A stretch of 64,000 nucleotides of DNA from an uncultured delta proteobacterium (GCA_963695875.1 CAVOID010000004.1:224001-288000); one strand, 5' to 3'; shown: positions 1-10,530, counted from the first letter of the stretch. Numbers and translations: made by a program. Notes: generated from the sequence alone by a model not told the origin.

Positions 1-108
1 GCGAGCCTGGATTTGACCTGACCCCGTTCCGGAAATTTAGTAAACATGATCAGGCATCTATATTCAGTCATAGAATTAATCATGCTAAAAATCCTTTATA
101 TTTTCTTC

Positions 109-963
109 TCAATCTTTTCGGGGATTGATGAGATTTCTGATCTTTTTTCTCGTCAGGGGCAAGACCAGGAGCCAGGGCAGGGAGAGCTGATTGGAGTCCC
201 GGAAATAGCCGAGACCGATCGTCATCCCTTTGTGCCCTTCCGACGGTTGTTCCTGATAGGTGCCCAAGAGGCGGTCCCACCAGGACAGATTGAAACCGAA
301 GTTAGTATTGGTTTCTCGCATGATGACGGAGTGATGGACACGATGCATGTCGGGGGTTACAAGGAAAACCCGGAGAACATGATCTATGCCGCCAGGAATG
401 TAGACATTGCCGTGACTGAAAAGAGAGGTGCCGTTCAAAACCACTTCAAAAATCAATACGGCCAGCGGCGGGGCTCCTAGAATAACGACTGCCGCCAATT
501 TTATAATCAGGGACAGGCTGATTTCCACAGGATGGAAACGTATCCCTGTTGTCAGGTCGATATCCAGGTCGGTGTGGTGTACCATATGCAAACGCCAGAA
601 TAAGGGAACAGTGTGAAATGCGACGTGCTGAAGATATATGATGAAATCGAGGACTATGACGCTGACAATAATGGCCTGCCAGTCAGGCAGGATATAGTGA
701 TTCAGCAGGCCCCAGCCCCCCTGAGCACCCAAAACCGCCATAGTTATAGGAATCACGGGGAAAAGACCTCGAACCATGACGGAATTTAAGGCATGGATCG
801 AAAGATTATTGAACCACCGAATGGCCTTTGAAGTAGTCAGGATACGGCGTGGTGAGAGTAATTCGAGGACAGCCATACCAACGAAGATGGCAAGGAAGCA
901 CCCAATCCTGATGGGAATTTCATAACCAATTGTGTCGACAGACAATCTTTCTATAGAAAACAA
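109..963 (-). CDS. Sterol desaturase / fatty acid hydroxylase superfamily membrane protein
   Basis: Hydrophobic 284-aa ORF with His boxes HVAFH, HMVHH, FSH and HRVHH, plus the TNFGFNLSWWDRL motif. Confidence 0.85.
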   Translation of the reverse strand: MFSIERLSVDTIGYEIPIRIGCFLAIFVGMAVLELLSPRRILTTSKAIRWFNNLSIHALNSVMVRGLFPVIPITMAVLGAQGGWGLLNHYILPDWQAIIVSVIVLDFIIYLQHVAFHTVPLFWRLHMVHHTDLDIDLTTGIRFHPVEISLSLIIKLAAVVILGAPPLAVLIFEVVLNGTSLFSHGNVYIPGGIDHVLRVFLVTPDMHRVHHSVIMRETNTNFGFNLSWWDRLLGTYQEQPSEGHKGMTIGLGYFRDSNQLSLPWLLVLPLTRKKIRNLINPRKD

Positions 964-1064
964 GCCCTATCTCCATCATATACAGAATGGTACGATCAAT
1001 CTAATAAACATATCTTAATTGAAAGATAAGAATAATAAAATGGAAAAAAGCACATTAACATTTT

Positions 1065-1178
1065 AGGGTAATATATTCCCTGGGATGTGGAAAGTTACCC
1101 CTCCACCGGAAAGAGGCCATCTCGGTATTTTAAGTGTCGTATGATAACAGGATATTTCAGTTTTGGTATTAATGTTGC
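1065..1178 (+). promoter_or_regulatory. Sigma-54 promoter module A (paired activator boxes plus -24/-12) upstream of the sensor kinase
   Basis: TGGTA-TTAATG-TTGC at 1164-1178 (GG-N10-GC); boxes AGGGTAATATATTCCC (1065-1080) and GTGGAAAGTTACCCC (1087-1101). Confidence 0.7.
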
Positions 1179-1302
1179 GATTGTGTTCAGCGGTTGCCAA
1201 ACACGCCGTGTTACCAAAGACTGATTGATTAAAAATTGCCATCGTGATATAATTCAAATAAATTTAATATATTGCAGATATGAGGCACCGCCGGAATACA
1301 CC

Positions 1303-3309
1303 GTGAAAATTGTCGATAGATTGATAAGTAAACTTTTTAAGATAAACCTGCAAAGCCGCCTTGTCGTGGGTTTCCTGATAGCCACGTTCCTTACAGGTTT
1401 TGTGGCAACACTCATAGGAATATGGACGATCAATAAAAGTACTATAGATGAGGTACAAAACAGAGTAAGGCAAGACATCAATACAGCAAAACTGATCTAT
1501 AATCAAACCCTGGAAAAGATAACATCCCAGATTCAATTTGCAGCCGAGGGTGCTGATCTGCATATGTCGATACCCAACCGTGATTTATCCAACATGGTAA
1601 ATTTGAAGGGCTTAATCCGGCACGAACATGGAACTCAGGCACAAGACAAGGATATGTTCCTCGATATGCTCTCGGTGGTGGACGCCCGTGGGTATGTTGT
1701 GTACAGAGCAGCCAACCCCAGAATCAAGGGAGACAATATGCTCTGGGCCCCGGTCGTAAAAATGTGCCTGGAAAAAAAGTCACCGCAGTCATCTACCGAA
1801 CTTATGTCCATTAAAAACATTCTGAGAGAGAATCCACGTCTTGCCGATCATGCCAGGATTGAAATCATCAAAACACCTCTCTCATTTGAGCCGGGGGAGA
1901 AACAACTCTCAGACGGCATGGTCATGATGGCGGCTTATCCCATTTTTGATGCGAAAAAGAATATGCTGGGCGCAATAGTGGGAGGAGTACTCATGAACAG
2001 GGACAATACTATCGTGGACAAAGTAAAAGAAACCGTATACCAGGGGGAAAAGTACAAAGGCCGTGACATGGGTGTGGCAACCATATTTCAGGGTGGTGTA
2101 AGAATTTCTACCAACGTCATGACTAAAGACAACAGAAGGGCTATTGGTACAACTTTATCAAAGGAGGTCTACGAAAAGGTTATAGTGGAAGGCAAAGACT
2201 GGGTTGGCAGGGCATTTGTGGTGGATGACTGGTACATAACCACTTACACCCCGATCTATGACATGAATAAAAATCTCATAGGGATCCTCTATACGGGCAT
2301 GCTGGAGGCAAAATACAGGGACATAAAGTGGCATACTATCTGGGTGAACCTCGGAATAACGTCTCTTGGTATGATCATAGCCTTTGTAATTTCCTTTTAC
2401 CTCGGCAACACCATTATAACACGGATACGCATGCTGAAGGAGGCTGCGGAGGCCATCGCTGCCGGCAATTTAGACTATAAATTGTCCCCCGATAAAATCT
2501 CCGGATTTGACATGCTGGATGAAGCGTTCAATTATATGTCGAAATCCCTGAAGGCCCACGACGAAAAACTGCACAAGGCTCATGAGCAGTTGGCAAGAAC
2601 AGAAAAATTGACCGCACTGGGTGAAATGGCGGCGGGTGTAGCCCACGAGATAAATAATCCTTTAGGGGGGATACTCCTTTACAGCAACCTTGTTCTCGAA
2701 GATATTCCTGCAGACTCTCCGGCACAGGAAAACATGCAGAAGATCATTTATCAGACGAACAGATGCAAGGGAATTGTCCAGAATCTTCTTGACTTTGCCA
2801 GAGCTCCTACAGGTGATATGCTGCCTCTCAAGATAGACAACATCATCAATACTTCTCTCAATTTGGTAAAGGATCAGGCCATGTTCCACGGCATAGAAAT
2901 AAAGACCGAACTCTCGGAGGATCTTCCGGAAGTGGTCGGCGACAAGGCCCGGCTGGAAGATGCTTTTCTGAACCTGTTTATCAATGCAGCTCATGCGATG
3001 AATGGTAAGGGGACGCTCACAATAAGAACCAGGCTAAGCAGAAATAATTCCGTAAAGATCTCCGTATCGGATACAGGCAAAGGAATAGACAAGGAACACC
3101 TCCCCCATATATTTGAACCTTTTTTTACGACAAAAGAGCCCGGACAGGGAACAGGTCTCGGACTTTCGATCGTTTATGGAATCATTAGAAAGCACAATGG
3201 CTTCATCGATGCGGAAAGCGAACCCGGTAAGGGGACGACTTTCATTATTTTCCTGCCTGCGTATATGGGCAAGTACAGCGGTATGGACGATGATGTCTTC
3301 TACAGTTGA
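1303..3309 (+). CDS. Cache-domain membrane sensor histidine kinase (TM-Cache-TM-HAMP-HisKA-HATPase)
   Basis: Two TM segments, Cache motif ATIFQGGVRISTNV, H-box AHEINNP, N/G boxes NAAHAM, DTGKG and GTGLGL. Start uncertain (GTG 1303 or TTG 1225). Confidence 0.9.
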   Translation: MKIVDRLISKLFKINLQSRLVVGFLIATFLTGFVATLIGIWTINKSTIDEVQNRVRQDINTAKLIYNQTLEKITSQIQFAAEGADLHMSIPNRDLSNMVNLKGLIRHEHGTQAQDKDMFLDMLSVVDARGYVVYRAANPRIKGDNMLWAPVVKMCLEKKSPQSSTELMSIKNILRENPRLADHARIEIIKTPLSFEPGEKQLSDGMVMMAAYPIFDAKKNMLGAIVGGVLMNRDNTIVDKVKETVYQGEKYKGRDMGVATIFQGGVRISTNVMTKDNRRAIGTTLSKEVYEKVIVEGKDWVGRAFVVDDWYITTYTPIYDMNKNLIGILYTGMLEAKYRDIKWHTIWVNLGITSLGMIIAFVISFYLGNTIITRIRMLKEAAEAIAAGNLDYKLSPDKISGFDMLDEAFNYMSKSLKAHDEKLHKAHEQLARTEKLTALGEMAAGVAHEINNPLGGILLYSNLVLEDIPADSPAQENMQKIIYQTNRCKGIVQNLLDFARAPTGDMLPLKIDNIINTSLNLVKDQAMFHGIEIKTELSEDLPEVVGDKARLEDAFLNLFINAAHAMNGKGTLTIRTRLSRNNSVKISVSDTGKGIDKEHLPHIFEPFFTTKEPGQGTGLGLSIVYGIIRKHNGFIDAESEPGKGTTFIIFLPAYMGKYSGMDDDVFYS

Positions 3310-3342
3310 TTTTATTACCTCCAAATAAGGAAAATATTTGCA

Positions 3343-4689
3343 GTGACTACAAAAAATAAGAAGATCCTCATCATTGATGACGAGGAATCCATACGAGACG
3401 GATGCATGCAGGTCCTGTCGCGCAAAGGTTATCAGGTGGAAAGTACTGGAGACGCGCTTCAGGGACTTGAGCTGGCTCTCAGGAATATTTATGATATCAT
3501 TCTGGTGGATATCCGGATGCCTAAAATGGATGGATTGGAAATTCTCAAGAAGATTAAAGTCGAGAGAAACATCTCAGCAAAAGTCATTATTATCACCGGT
3601 TATGGAAGCATACCGATAGCTGTTGAGGCCATGAGGAACGGCGCCTTTAATTTTCTCACCAAGCCCTACTCCGCGCCCGATCTGAGAGAGGCTGTCGAGG
3701 GTGCATTGAAACAGTGTGATGCATACGCCGGAGAAAAGGAACTTTCCGTACTTATCGGCTCGAGCGACTACATGAAAGAGCTCAAGGAGTCCATCAGCAG
3801 GATAGCGCAGACTGATAGCACCGTTCTCATAACAGGAGAAAGTGGTACAGGAAAGGAACTTGTAGCGCGCACCGTCCACAACCTCAGCAGAAGGTGTGAT
3901 AAACCTTTTATTCCGGTCGACTGCTCTTCCCTTGTGGAGACCCTCATGGAAAGCGAGCTATTCGGACATGTCAAAGGGGCGTTCAGCGGAGCCACGGAAT
4001 CACGTGAAGGCCGTTTCCAGATGGCCGACACAGGGACGTTGTTTCTGGACGAGATTTCGAACATCAACCTCAACATTCAGGCCAAGTTACTGCGGGTAAT
4101 CCAGGAGCAGGAGGTCCCCAAGGTTGGCAGATCATCGCCTGAGAAGATTGACGTCAGGCTCATAGCAGCAACAAATAAGGATGTCCGGGCGGAAATTGAA
4201 GCGGGGAGATTCAGGGAGGATTTGTTCTACAGGATTTCAGTCGTGCCTCTCCATATAAAACCATTGAGAGAACATAAAACCGACATTCTGCCCATTGCCC
4301 AGCATTACCTCGATATATTTGTGGAGAAGTACGAAAGCAAGGTACGACGCTTCTCCGAGGAAGCAATGAAATCTCTCGTGTCATATCGATGGCCCGGTAA
4401 TGTCAGGGAACTTAAAAATACTATAGAACGTCTCTGCGTGCTTTGCGACCATGAGGTTGTAGACCTGTCCGATATATTCTACTATGGACAAGACGATCAA
4501 ACAAAAGCCCCTGCCGTGGATTCTTCCACGGGCAGGATGACCTTGATAGATGTGGAAAAAGAACATATATTAAAAGCCCTGAATCACTTCCACTTCCAGA
4601 TCAATAAGACTGCAAAATTCCTCGGTATTGACAGAAAGACTCTGAGGATAAAGATGCGTAATTACGGCATAACGATAGAGCATCATTAA
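3343..4689 (+). CDS. Sigma-54-dependent response regulator (NtrC family: REC-AAA+-Fis HTH)
   Basis: Receiver domain, Walker A GESGTGKE, ESELFGHVKGAFSGA, WPGNVREL, C-terminal HTH LGIDRKTL. Confidence 0.95.
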   Translation: MTTKNKKILIIDDEESIRDGCMQVLSRKGYQVESTGDALQGLELALRNIYDIILVDIRMPKMDGLEILKKIKVERNISAKVIIITGYGSIPIAVEAMRNGAFNFLTKPYSAPDLREAVEGALKQCDAYAGEKELSVLIGSSDYMKELKESISRIAQTDSTVLITGESGTGKELVARTVHNLSRRCDKPFIPVDCSSLVETLMESELFGHVKGAFSGATESREGRFQMADTGTLFLDEISNINLNIQAKLLRVIQEQEVPKVGRSSPEKIDVRLIAATNKDVRAEIEAGRFREDLFYRISVVPLHIKPLREHKTDILPIAQHYLDIFVEKYESKVRRFSEEAMKSLVSYRWPGNVRELKNTIERLCVLCDHEVVDLSDIFYYGQDDQTKAPAVDSSTGRMTLIDVEKEHILKALNHFHFQINKTAKFLGIDRKTLRIKMRNYGITIEHH

Positions 4690-4708
4690 AAAAATCAGCA
4701 GCTCCATG

Positions 4709-4823
4709 GGGGTCATCCTGCCTCATAACAGGGGAGTTTTACCCCTCAAAGTTTTCTTTTCTTCCCTGCCTTCTATATATTAATCATAAATATCAATATG
4801 TTACAATTTGGCATCATCCTTGC
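4709..4823 (+). promoter_or_regulatory. Sigma-54 promoter module B (paired activator boxes, IHF site, -24/-12)
   Basis: TGGCA-TCATCC-TTGC at 4809-4823; IHF consensus TATCAA-TATG-TTA at 4791-4803; boxes at 4709-4724 and GGGGAGTTTTACCCC at 4731-4745. Confidence 0.8.
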
Positions 4824-4864
4824 TCATATTAATTATACAAAAATCAAAATTGGAGGTGACGGCG

Positions 4865-5254
4865 ATGTCAGTAAAGAAAAAAATTCTGTTAATAGACGAT
4901 GACAAAGATTTCCTGTATGCAACCAAACTGATTCTTGAAAAAGGCGGGTATGAGGTGTTTCTGGCAGAAGACGGGAAGCGAGGGGTTGAGATGTGGAAGT
5001 CGGTGTCTCCTGATCTTGCCATTATCGATATGATGATGGAGACGTGGGGTGAAGGGTTTGAAGTATTGAAAAAGATCCGCGCCACAGATACCGGGAAGGA
5101 CACGCCGCTTTTCATGCTGAGCGCTGTTGACCTGCAGGGTCCATACCAGTCATTTGAACCGCCTCCGGAGTTTCCGAAGGTGAACATGGTGTTGCATAAA
5201 CCTGTAAAGGCTGATGATCTTCTCGGATATATTGCCAGTGAGCTGGGTAGATAG
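4865..5254 (+). CDS. Single-domain response regulator (receiver), copy 1
   Basis: LLIDDD, phospho-acceptor D in AIIDMMM, KP motif; RBS GGAGG upstream of ATG 4865. Confidence 0.9.
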   Translation: MSVKKKILLIDDDKDFLYATKLILEKGGYEVFLAEDGKRGVEMWKSVSPDLAIIDMMMETWGEGFEVLKKIRATDTGKDTPLFMLSAVDLQGPYQSFEPPPEFPKVNMVLHKPVKADDLLGYIASELGR

Positions 5255-5259
5255 CCGGT

Positions 5260-5382
5260 ATGATGAAGACTCAAGAACCGCTTATTTTGATCATCGATGA
5301 TGAGGAAGCCTTACGGGACGGGTGCCGTCAGGCGCTGGAAAAGTCCGGATATACCATACTAAACACAGGGGAGGGGCGATAG
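5260..5382 (+). pseudogene. Truncated copy (40 aa) of the hybrid receiver-kinase at 11081
   Basis: MMKTQEPLILIIDDEEALRDGCRQALEKSGYTILNTGEGR* matches the N-terminus of 11081..12211, then homology stops. Confidence 0.85.
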
Positions 5383-5527
5383 TCTACACAATGGAAGTAT
5401 ACAAAAAGCAGCCTAAAGTCGCCTCCCCATGACTTGCAGCACTGAGCACTCTATAAGAACATACTTGAAAAGAGGGTTGATTTCAGGTAGCCTATATTAC
5501 AGTAAATTCTTGTCGAAGAGAGCATTC

Positions 5528-5749
5528 ATGCCCATAGAATACGACGACGAAAAGTCCTACCGGTTCCACAAAAGTGATTCTGCTGACAAGTGTTTTGCGT
5601 GCAATGAAAACTCCGACAGGTTGCTTATCGTTCGACAGATCAAAAGTATGATGCTTGTTCACCTTTGCCATAACTGCATATCAAACAATTTCTCAGACTA
5701 TCTTTTGGATAACACCAGACCCTGGCTTGGCGAGAAGGGGAATACTTAG
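5528..5749 (+). CDS. Small CxxC-x21-CxxC putative metal-binding protein, copy 1 (73 aa)
   Basis: CFAC...CHNC and DYLLDNTRPW; a clear paralog at 12283 supports coding status. Confidence 0.75.
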   Translation: MPIEYDDEKSYRFHKSDSADKCFACNENSDRLLIVRQIKSMMLVHLCHNCISNNFSDYLLDNTRPWLGEKGNT

Positions 5750-5893
5750 ATGTTGCTGTATTTTTAGAAACTCGACTCGCGGAAGCCCCCGGCTTTATTA
5801 AGCATCCGTTATTTAACCTGCCTTCGCAGCCATTATTTCCTCCATTCTTCGTGGTTTCCTTGTTCTTATCTGATGACAATAAAGAAACCCTTA

Positions 5894-6009
5894 GGAGTAA
5901 TATCTCCCCAAAGACGGGGTAAGTTACCCCCTTCCCTGCAACGAATTGGTTGCCGTATCTATGAATATCGAGTGATATCAAGCACTTTTGTTCTTGGTAT
6001 TAAAATTGC
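5894..6009 (+). promoter_or_regulatory. Sigma-54 promoter module C upstream of the formate dehydrogenase operon
   Basis: TGGTA-TTAAAA-TTGC at 5995-6009; boxes GGAGTAATATCTCCCC (5894-5909) and palindrome GGGGTAAGTTACCCC (5916-5930); IHF-like TATCAA-GCAC-TTT at 5976-5988. Confidence 0.8.
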
Positions 6010-6151
6010 CTATATTATATCTACAGTTGTATAGAAAGGGCTATATGTGTGGCTTGGAATCAGGAATTCTTTCACCATTCCAGAGCAATAATTCCATGAT
6101 CTCATATTGCAAGTCTTTAAAATTAGCTCAGTGTGAAAAGGAGGTACTGGC

Positions 6152-6995
6152 ATGGGTAGTCATCCCGGCAACATATATGAACTTCGACCTGTGTCTATTT
6201 TAAGGACACTGCCGCAGATAAAGGATCACAGGTTGTTCCAGTTGAAGCTTGAGGACGGAACGACATGGGAGAGTTTCGGCCATCAACCGGGACAGTTTCT
6301 CGAAGTTTCTATCTTTGGTAAAGGAGAGGCGCCTATCAGCATATCCTCTCCCTCTACAAGGCTGGATACCCTTGAGATATGCGTTCGGCGTGCCGGCAAG
6401 GTGACCAATGCACTTTTCGAAATGGATAGAGGAGCTACTTTTCAACATCCGCGGACCTTACGGCAGGGGATTTCCTGTGGATAAGCTGAAGGGCCACAAG
6501 CTTCTTCTCATTGCGGGCGGTCTCGGGCTTGCCCCTTTGCGCTCTCTTCTCCTGTACGCCCTCGATAGGAGAGGTGATTTCGATGATATCATCCTGATGT
6601 ACGGGACGAATAACCCTGATAATGTCCTGTTCAAGTATGAACTGTTAAGCTTTTATGACAGGGATGACATCAAGTACCTCTACAGCGTGGACAGGGATGA
6701 TGAAGGGATCTGGAAGCAGTATGTGGGGGTGGTGACAGGTCTGTTCGAAAAAGCCGCACTGTCTCCGGAAGACACCTATGCAGTCCTGTGCGGCCCCCCG
6801 ATCATGTACCGCTTCGTTTTGCAGAAACTGCTGAAGCTGGGATTTTCGAAAGATCATATATATATGTCATTGGAGAGAATGATGAAGTGCGGCGTCGGGA
6901 AATGCGGTCACTGCGCCATCGGTGACAAGTACTGCTGCATGGACGGTCCCGTTTTTCCCTATACCGAAATCGAAAGTATCGAGGAGGCAATCTAA
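6152..6995 (+). CDS. FAD/NAD(P)-binding [2Fe-2S] subunit (AsrB / sulfhydrogenase gamma / FlxA-like); frameshift near 6440
   Basis: PGQF...GEAPISISS, RGPYGRGF, AGGLGLAP, CGPP and ERMMKCGVGKCGHC...C; ORFs 6152..6484 and 6408..6995 join by removing one T from the run at 6439-6442. Confidence 0.9.
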
Positions 6996-9032
6996 TGGCC
7001 AGAACACCGACAGTATGTCCTTTCTGCGGGTGCGGATGCAGCTTCTATCTGGTATCTCAAAATGAAAGGGTGGTGGGCATAGAACCAAGCATTGCCAACC
7101 CCGTAAATAAGGGGATGCTCTGCGTGAAGGGATGGAATGCCTATGAGTTCATCCACTCGCCGGACAGGCTCACCACACCGCTGATAAGGAAGCATGGCGC
7201 CCTCGTCGAAAGCACATGGGACGAAGCGTTGAAGATCGTCTCGGAGAGATTGACGGATATTAAATCACGGTATGGCCCCCGCGCCATGGCATTTCTCAGT
7301 TCCGCCAAGGTGACCAACGAAGAGAACTACCTTTTTATGAAGATGGCACGGGCGGCATTCGGGACCAACAATGTCGATCACTGCGCCCGGCTCTGACACA
7401 GTGCAACGGTGGTCGGTCTGGCCGCTGCATTTGGATCAGGTGCAATGACAAACTCCATCAATGAATTTGAAGATGCCGATCTTTTTCTTGTTACAGGTTC
7501 GAACACAACGGCACAGCACCCGCTCATAGGGTCGCGTATCATCAATGCGAAAGAAAGGGGAGCAAAACTCCTTCTCATCGATCCGAGGGAGATACCGCTT
7601 GCCGGTTTCGCCGATCTCCACCTGAGGCAGAATATCGGCACGGATGTTGCCGTGTTGAACGGTATGATGAACATCATCATCGAAGAAGACCTTTACGATA
7701 AGGAGTTTGTCGAGGAAAGAACCGAGGGGTTTGAGCAATTGAAATCTGTCGTCAGCCGCTACACCCCGCGGGTGGTGGAGAAGATATCCGGTATCCCCGC
7801 CCATGACCTGGAGAAGGCGGCGACGGATGTATGCAATAGCGGACAAGGCCATGATCGTGTACGCCATGGGCATAACCCAGCATACGACAGGCACTGACAA
7901 TGTGAAAACCTGTGCGAACCTTGCCATGCTTACAGGCCATATCGGAAGGCCGTCCACGGGTGTCAACCCCTTAAGAGGGCAGAACAATGTCCAGGGCGCG
8001 TGCGATATGGGGGCGCTGCCCAACGTATACAGCGGCTATCAGCCGGTCGCTGATCCGGCCGTTAGGAAGAAGTTTGAGGATGCATGGGGCGTTCAAGGGC
8101 TGGATGATAAGGCAGGCCTGACCATTACGGACATGATGGTGGCTGCCCGGAAGGGAGAAATAAAATCCCTCTACATCATGGGTGAAAATCCCATGATGAG
8201 CGACCCTGACACATCAGACATCGAGCATGCCCTCTCCAGTCTCGAATTCCTTGTTGTGCAGGACATCTTTCTCTCCGAAACGGCAGCGAAGGCCGATGTA
8301 GTGCTCCCCGCCGCGTCATTTGCCGAAAAGGAAGGCACATACACCAACACGGAAAGAAGGGTGCAAATCTCGAAAAAGGCAGTTGCCTCCCCGGGACTGG
8401 CGAGGCCGGACTGGGAGATCATATGCGATGTAAGCAGGCTTGTGGGGTATCCCATGAATTACAGCTCGCCTGCTGATATCATGAAGGAGATCAATACCCT
8501 GACTCCGTCATACGCCGGCATTACTTACGAGAGGCTGGAGATGTGCCACGGACTTCAATGGCCCTGTCCCAATGAGGAACATCCGGGCACAGCCTACCTG
8601 CACAGGGACAGGTTTACCAAGGGCACAGGCACGTTTTTACCCTGTGAATTCAAACCCCTTGCTGAAGTGCCCGATGAAGAGTACGACTTTTTACTCACAA
8701 CCGGGCGTATCTACTACCATTACCATACCGGCACCATGACGAGGCGCACGAGCATACTGGAAAGGGAAGCGCCTGTGCCTTTCGTTGAGGTCAATCCCGA
8801 CGATGCAAAGAGGCTGGGCATAAGGAATGGTGACCAAGTGGAAGTTACATCACGGCGCGGCTCGATAAAGGCCAGGGCGGAGGTTACCACGAGGGTGCCC
8901 AAAAGGGTGGTATTTTCCACATTCCACTTCTACGAAGCGCCTGTCAACCTTCTTACCAACGCGGCATTTGACCCTCTTGCGAAGATACCGGAATATAAGG
9001 GGTGTGCAGTCAAAGTCAGGAGATGCATATGA
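6995..9032 (+). CDS. fdhF: Formate dehydrogenase catalytic subunit (FdhF-type, cytoplasmic), selenocysteine-containing; frameshift near 7822
   Basis: CPFCGCGC...C [4Fe-4S] motif; DHCARL-UGA-HSAT (7394-7396) at the Mo/W ligand position; [13 protein letters not shown]-terminal PEYK; no Tat signal. Confidence 0.92.
7407..7427 (+). promoter_or_regulatory. Bacterial SECIS hairpin of fdhF
   Basis: CGGTGGTC-GGTCT-GGCCGCTG stem-loop starting about 11 nt after the UGA; spacing and GGUCU loop resemble the E. coli fdhF SECIS. Confidence 0.8.
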
Positions 9033-10045
9033 AAACGCTGGCAAAAAAAGACCTCAAAGGCGTAATCAAAGCCTGGACAGAAAAATATCATGTCCTGGCT
9101 CCGAGTAGAATGACAAAGGGGGATTGTATATTTGATACTTTTCAGGAAGAGTCATTTACCCTCGACTATAAAAAACCGCCGCTTCTGCCAAAGGCCGTTT
9201 TTCTTCCCCATAATGAGGTTGTCTTTGAGGTAAAAGAAAATAAGTTCCGTGAGGTCATATCCGCACGAAATACTATCCTCTTCGGGATACGCTCATGCGA
9301 CATGATGGGGTTGCTTCAAAGCACGAGTTTTATGACCCGGGATCGGGATGACATCTATTACAGCACAAAGAAAGAAAGGGCGACAATTATCGTCATGGCA
9401 TGTCCCGGTCCGCAAAATGAAACCTGTTTCTGCACGACAACATTCAGCGGGCCGGTCGCACAAAGAGGCTTTGATTTACTGTTCTTCGATATGGGGGATA
9501 ACTTCATCATAGAAACAGGAAGCGACAGAGGTAAAGAGCTGCTGTCTTCAGGCCCATTTACCGACATGGATGATAATCTTGCCGGAGAGAAAATAAAGAC
9601 GTTCAAGGAAAAGGCTGTCCGGGACATACCGGTGGTGGATGAGGTATATGAAGCCATGAGAAGGCTCAAGGACGGTATAGCCGATGAGAAAGTCTGGGAG
9701 TACTTCGGCCGCAAGTGCATCGTGTGCGGCGGCTGCGCCTTCGTATGCCCGACATGCACCTGTTTTAATGTGTATGACCAAGAATCTGCTCCGGGAAACG
9801 GCGTCAGAGCAAGAGCCTGGGATGCTTGCCTTTACGGTGGATTTACCCGTGAGGCATCCGGCCATAACCCGAGACCGACTCAGGCATCGAGGCTCAAGAG
9901 ACGACATGAGCACAAGCTCCTTTATTACAATGAGACTGATATCCAGGAGAGCTTGTGCGGTTGCGTGGGATGCGGCCGCTGTTCCGACTATTGTCCCGTC
10001 CACATCGGAACCCTGGAGGTGGCAAGAGAAATTGTCAAGGAATAA
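9029..10045 (+). CDS. 4Fe-4S dicluster protein (AsrA / sulfhydrogenase beta / FlxB-like)
   Basis: GIRSCD, C...[20 protein letters not shown] and [15 protein letters not shown] overlaps the fdhF stop. Confidence 0.9.
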   Translation: MKTLAKKDLKGVIKAWTEKYHVLAPSRMTKGDCIFDTFQEESFTLDYKKPPLLPKAVFLPHNEVVFEVKENKFREVISARNTILFGIRSCDMMGLLQSTSFMTRDRDDIYYSTKKERATIIVMACPGPQNETCFCTTTFSGPVAQRGFDLLFFDMGDNFIIETGSDRGKELLSSGPFTDMDDNLAGEKIKTFKEKAVRDIPVVDEVYEAMRRLKDGIADEKVWEYFGRKCIVCGGCAFVCPTCTCFNVYDQESAPGNGVRARAWDACLYGGFTREASGHNPRPTQASRLKRRHEHKLLYYNETDIQESLCGCVGCGRCSDYCPVHIGTLEVAREIVKE

Positions 10046-10086
10046 GACCTGAATATGCATACAAGAATCAAATTTCGGAGGTTCCT

Positions 10087-10476
10087 ATGTCTGAGAAAAA
10101 AAGCATACTCATAATAGATGACGACAAAGACTATGCGGAGGCGCTGAGGATAGTGCTGGCAAATAATGGCTACGACGTGGATCATGCCCTGAACATCAAA
10201 GACGGGCGTAAGGCTATGGAAAAAAATATACCGAACCTCATTATCCTGGATGTTATGATGGATAAACATACAGACGGGTTCGAATTCTGCTACAATCTGA
10301 AGCATGATGAAGAATGCAGGAAAATTCCCGTCCTGATGGTGACCGCAGTTACTGAGAAAACGGGATTCAAGTTTTCTCCGGAGACGGATGGAGAATATCT
10401 GCAAGCTGACGACTACGTGGCAAAGCCCATCCCAGTTGCGGAACTTCTTTCCAGGGTTAACAAACTCATTGGCTGA
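10087..10476 (+). CDS. Single-domain response regulator (receiver)
   Basis: ILIIDDD, ILDVMMD, VTAV and AKP motifs; RBS GGAGG. Confidence 0.9.
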   Translation: MSEKKSILIIDDDKDYAEALRIVLANNGYDVDHALNIKDGRKAMEKNIPNLIILDVMMDKHTDGFEFCYNLKHDEECRKIPVLMVTAVTEKTGFKFSPETDGEYLQADDYVAKPIPVAELLSRVNKLIG

Positions 10477-10530
10477 ATCTGTTTTGATGTGATCGCATCC
10501 CGCCTGCCCCATAGTGTAGGCGGGAATGCA

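Larger units (their letters stand above)
4708..5375 (+). repeat. Direct repeat copy 1 (about 670 bp: promoter, receiver gene, 5' end of the hybrid kinase); copy 2 at about 10531-11196
   Basis: Near-identical DNA at an offset of about 5821 bp; the encoded receivers differ at only a few residues. Confidence 0.95.

Noticed and set aside
5772..5800. GGAAGCCCCCGGCTTTA, resembling half of an IS605 right end
   Set aside because: Only one arm is present; too short to call
6995..7396. Stand-alone 133-aa Fe-S protein as given by the ORF track
   Set aside because: The stop is the Sec UGA of fdhF
6439..7830. Programmed frameshifting in the asrB-like gene and fdhF
   Set aside because: No canonical slippery heptamers, and similar indels occur throughout unrelated genes, so sequencing error is more parsimonious
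10495..10529. Hairpin CCCGCCTGC...GTAGGCGGG after the receiver gene
   Set aside because: No U-tract; could be a REP-like or terminator element, but there is not enough support
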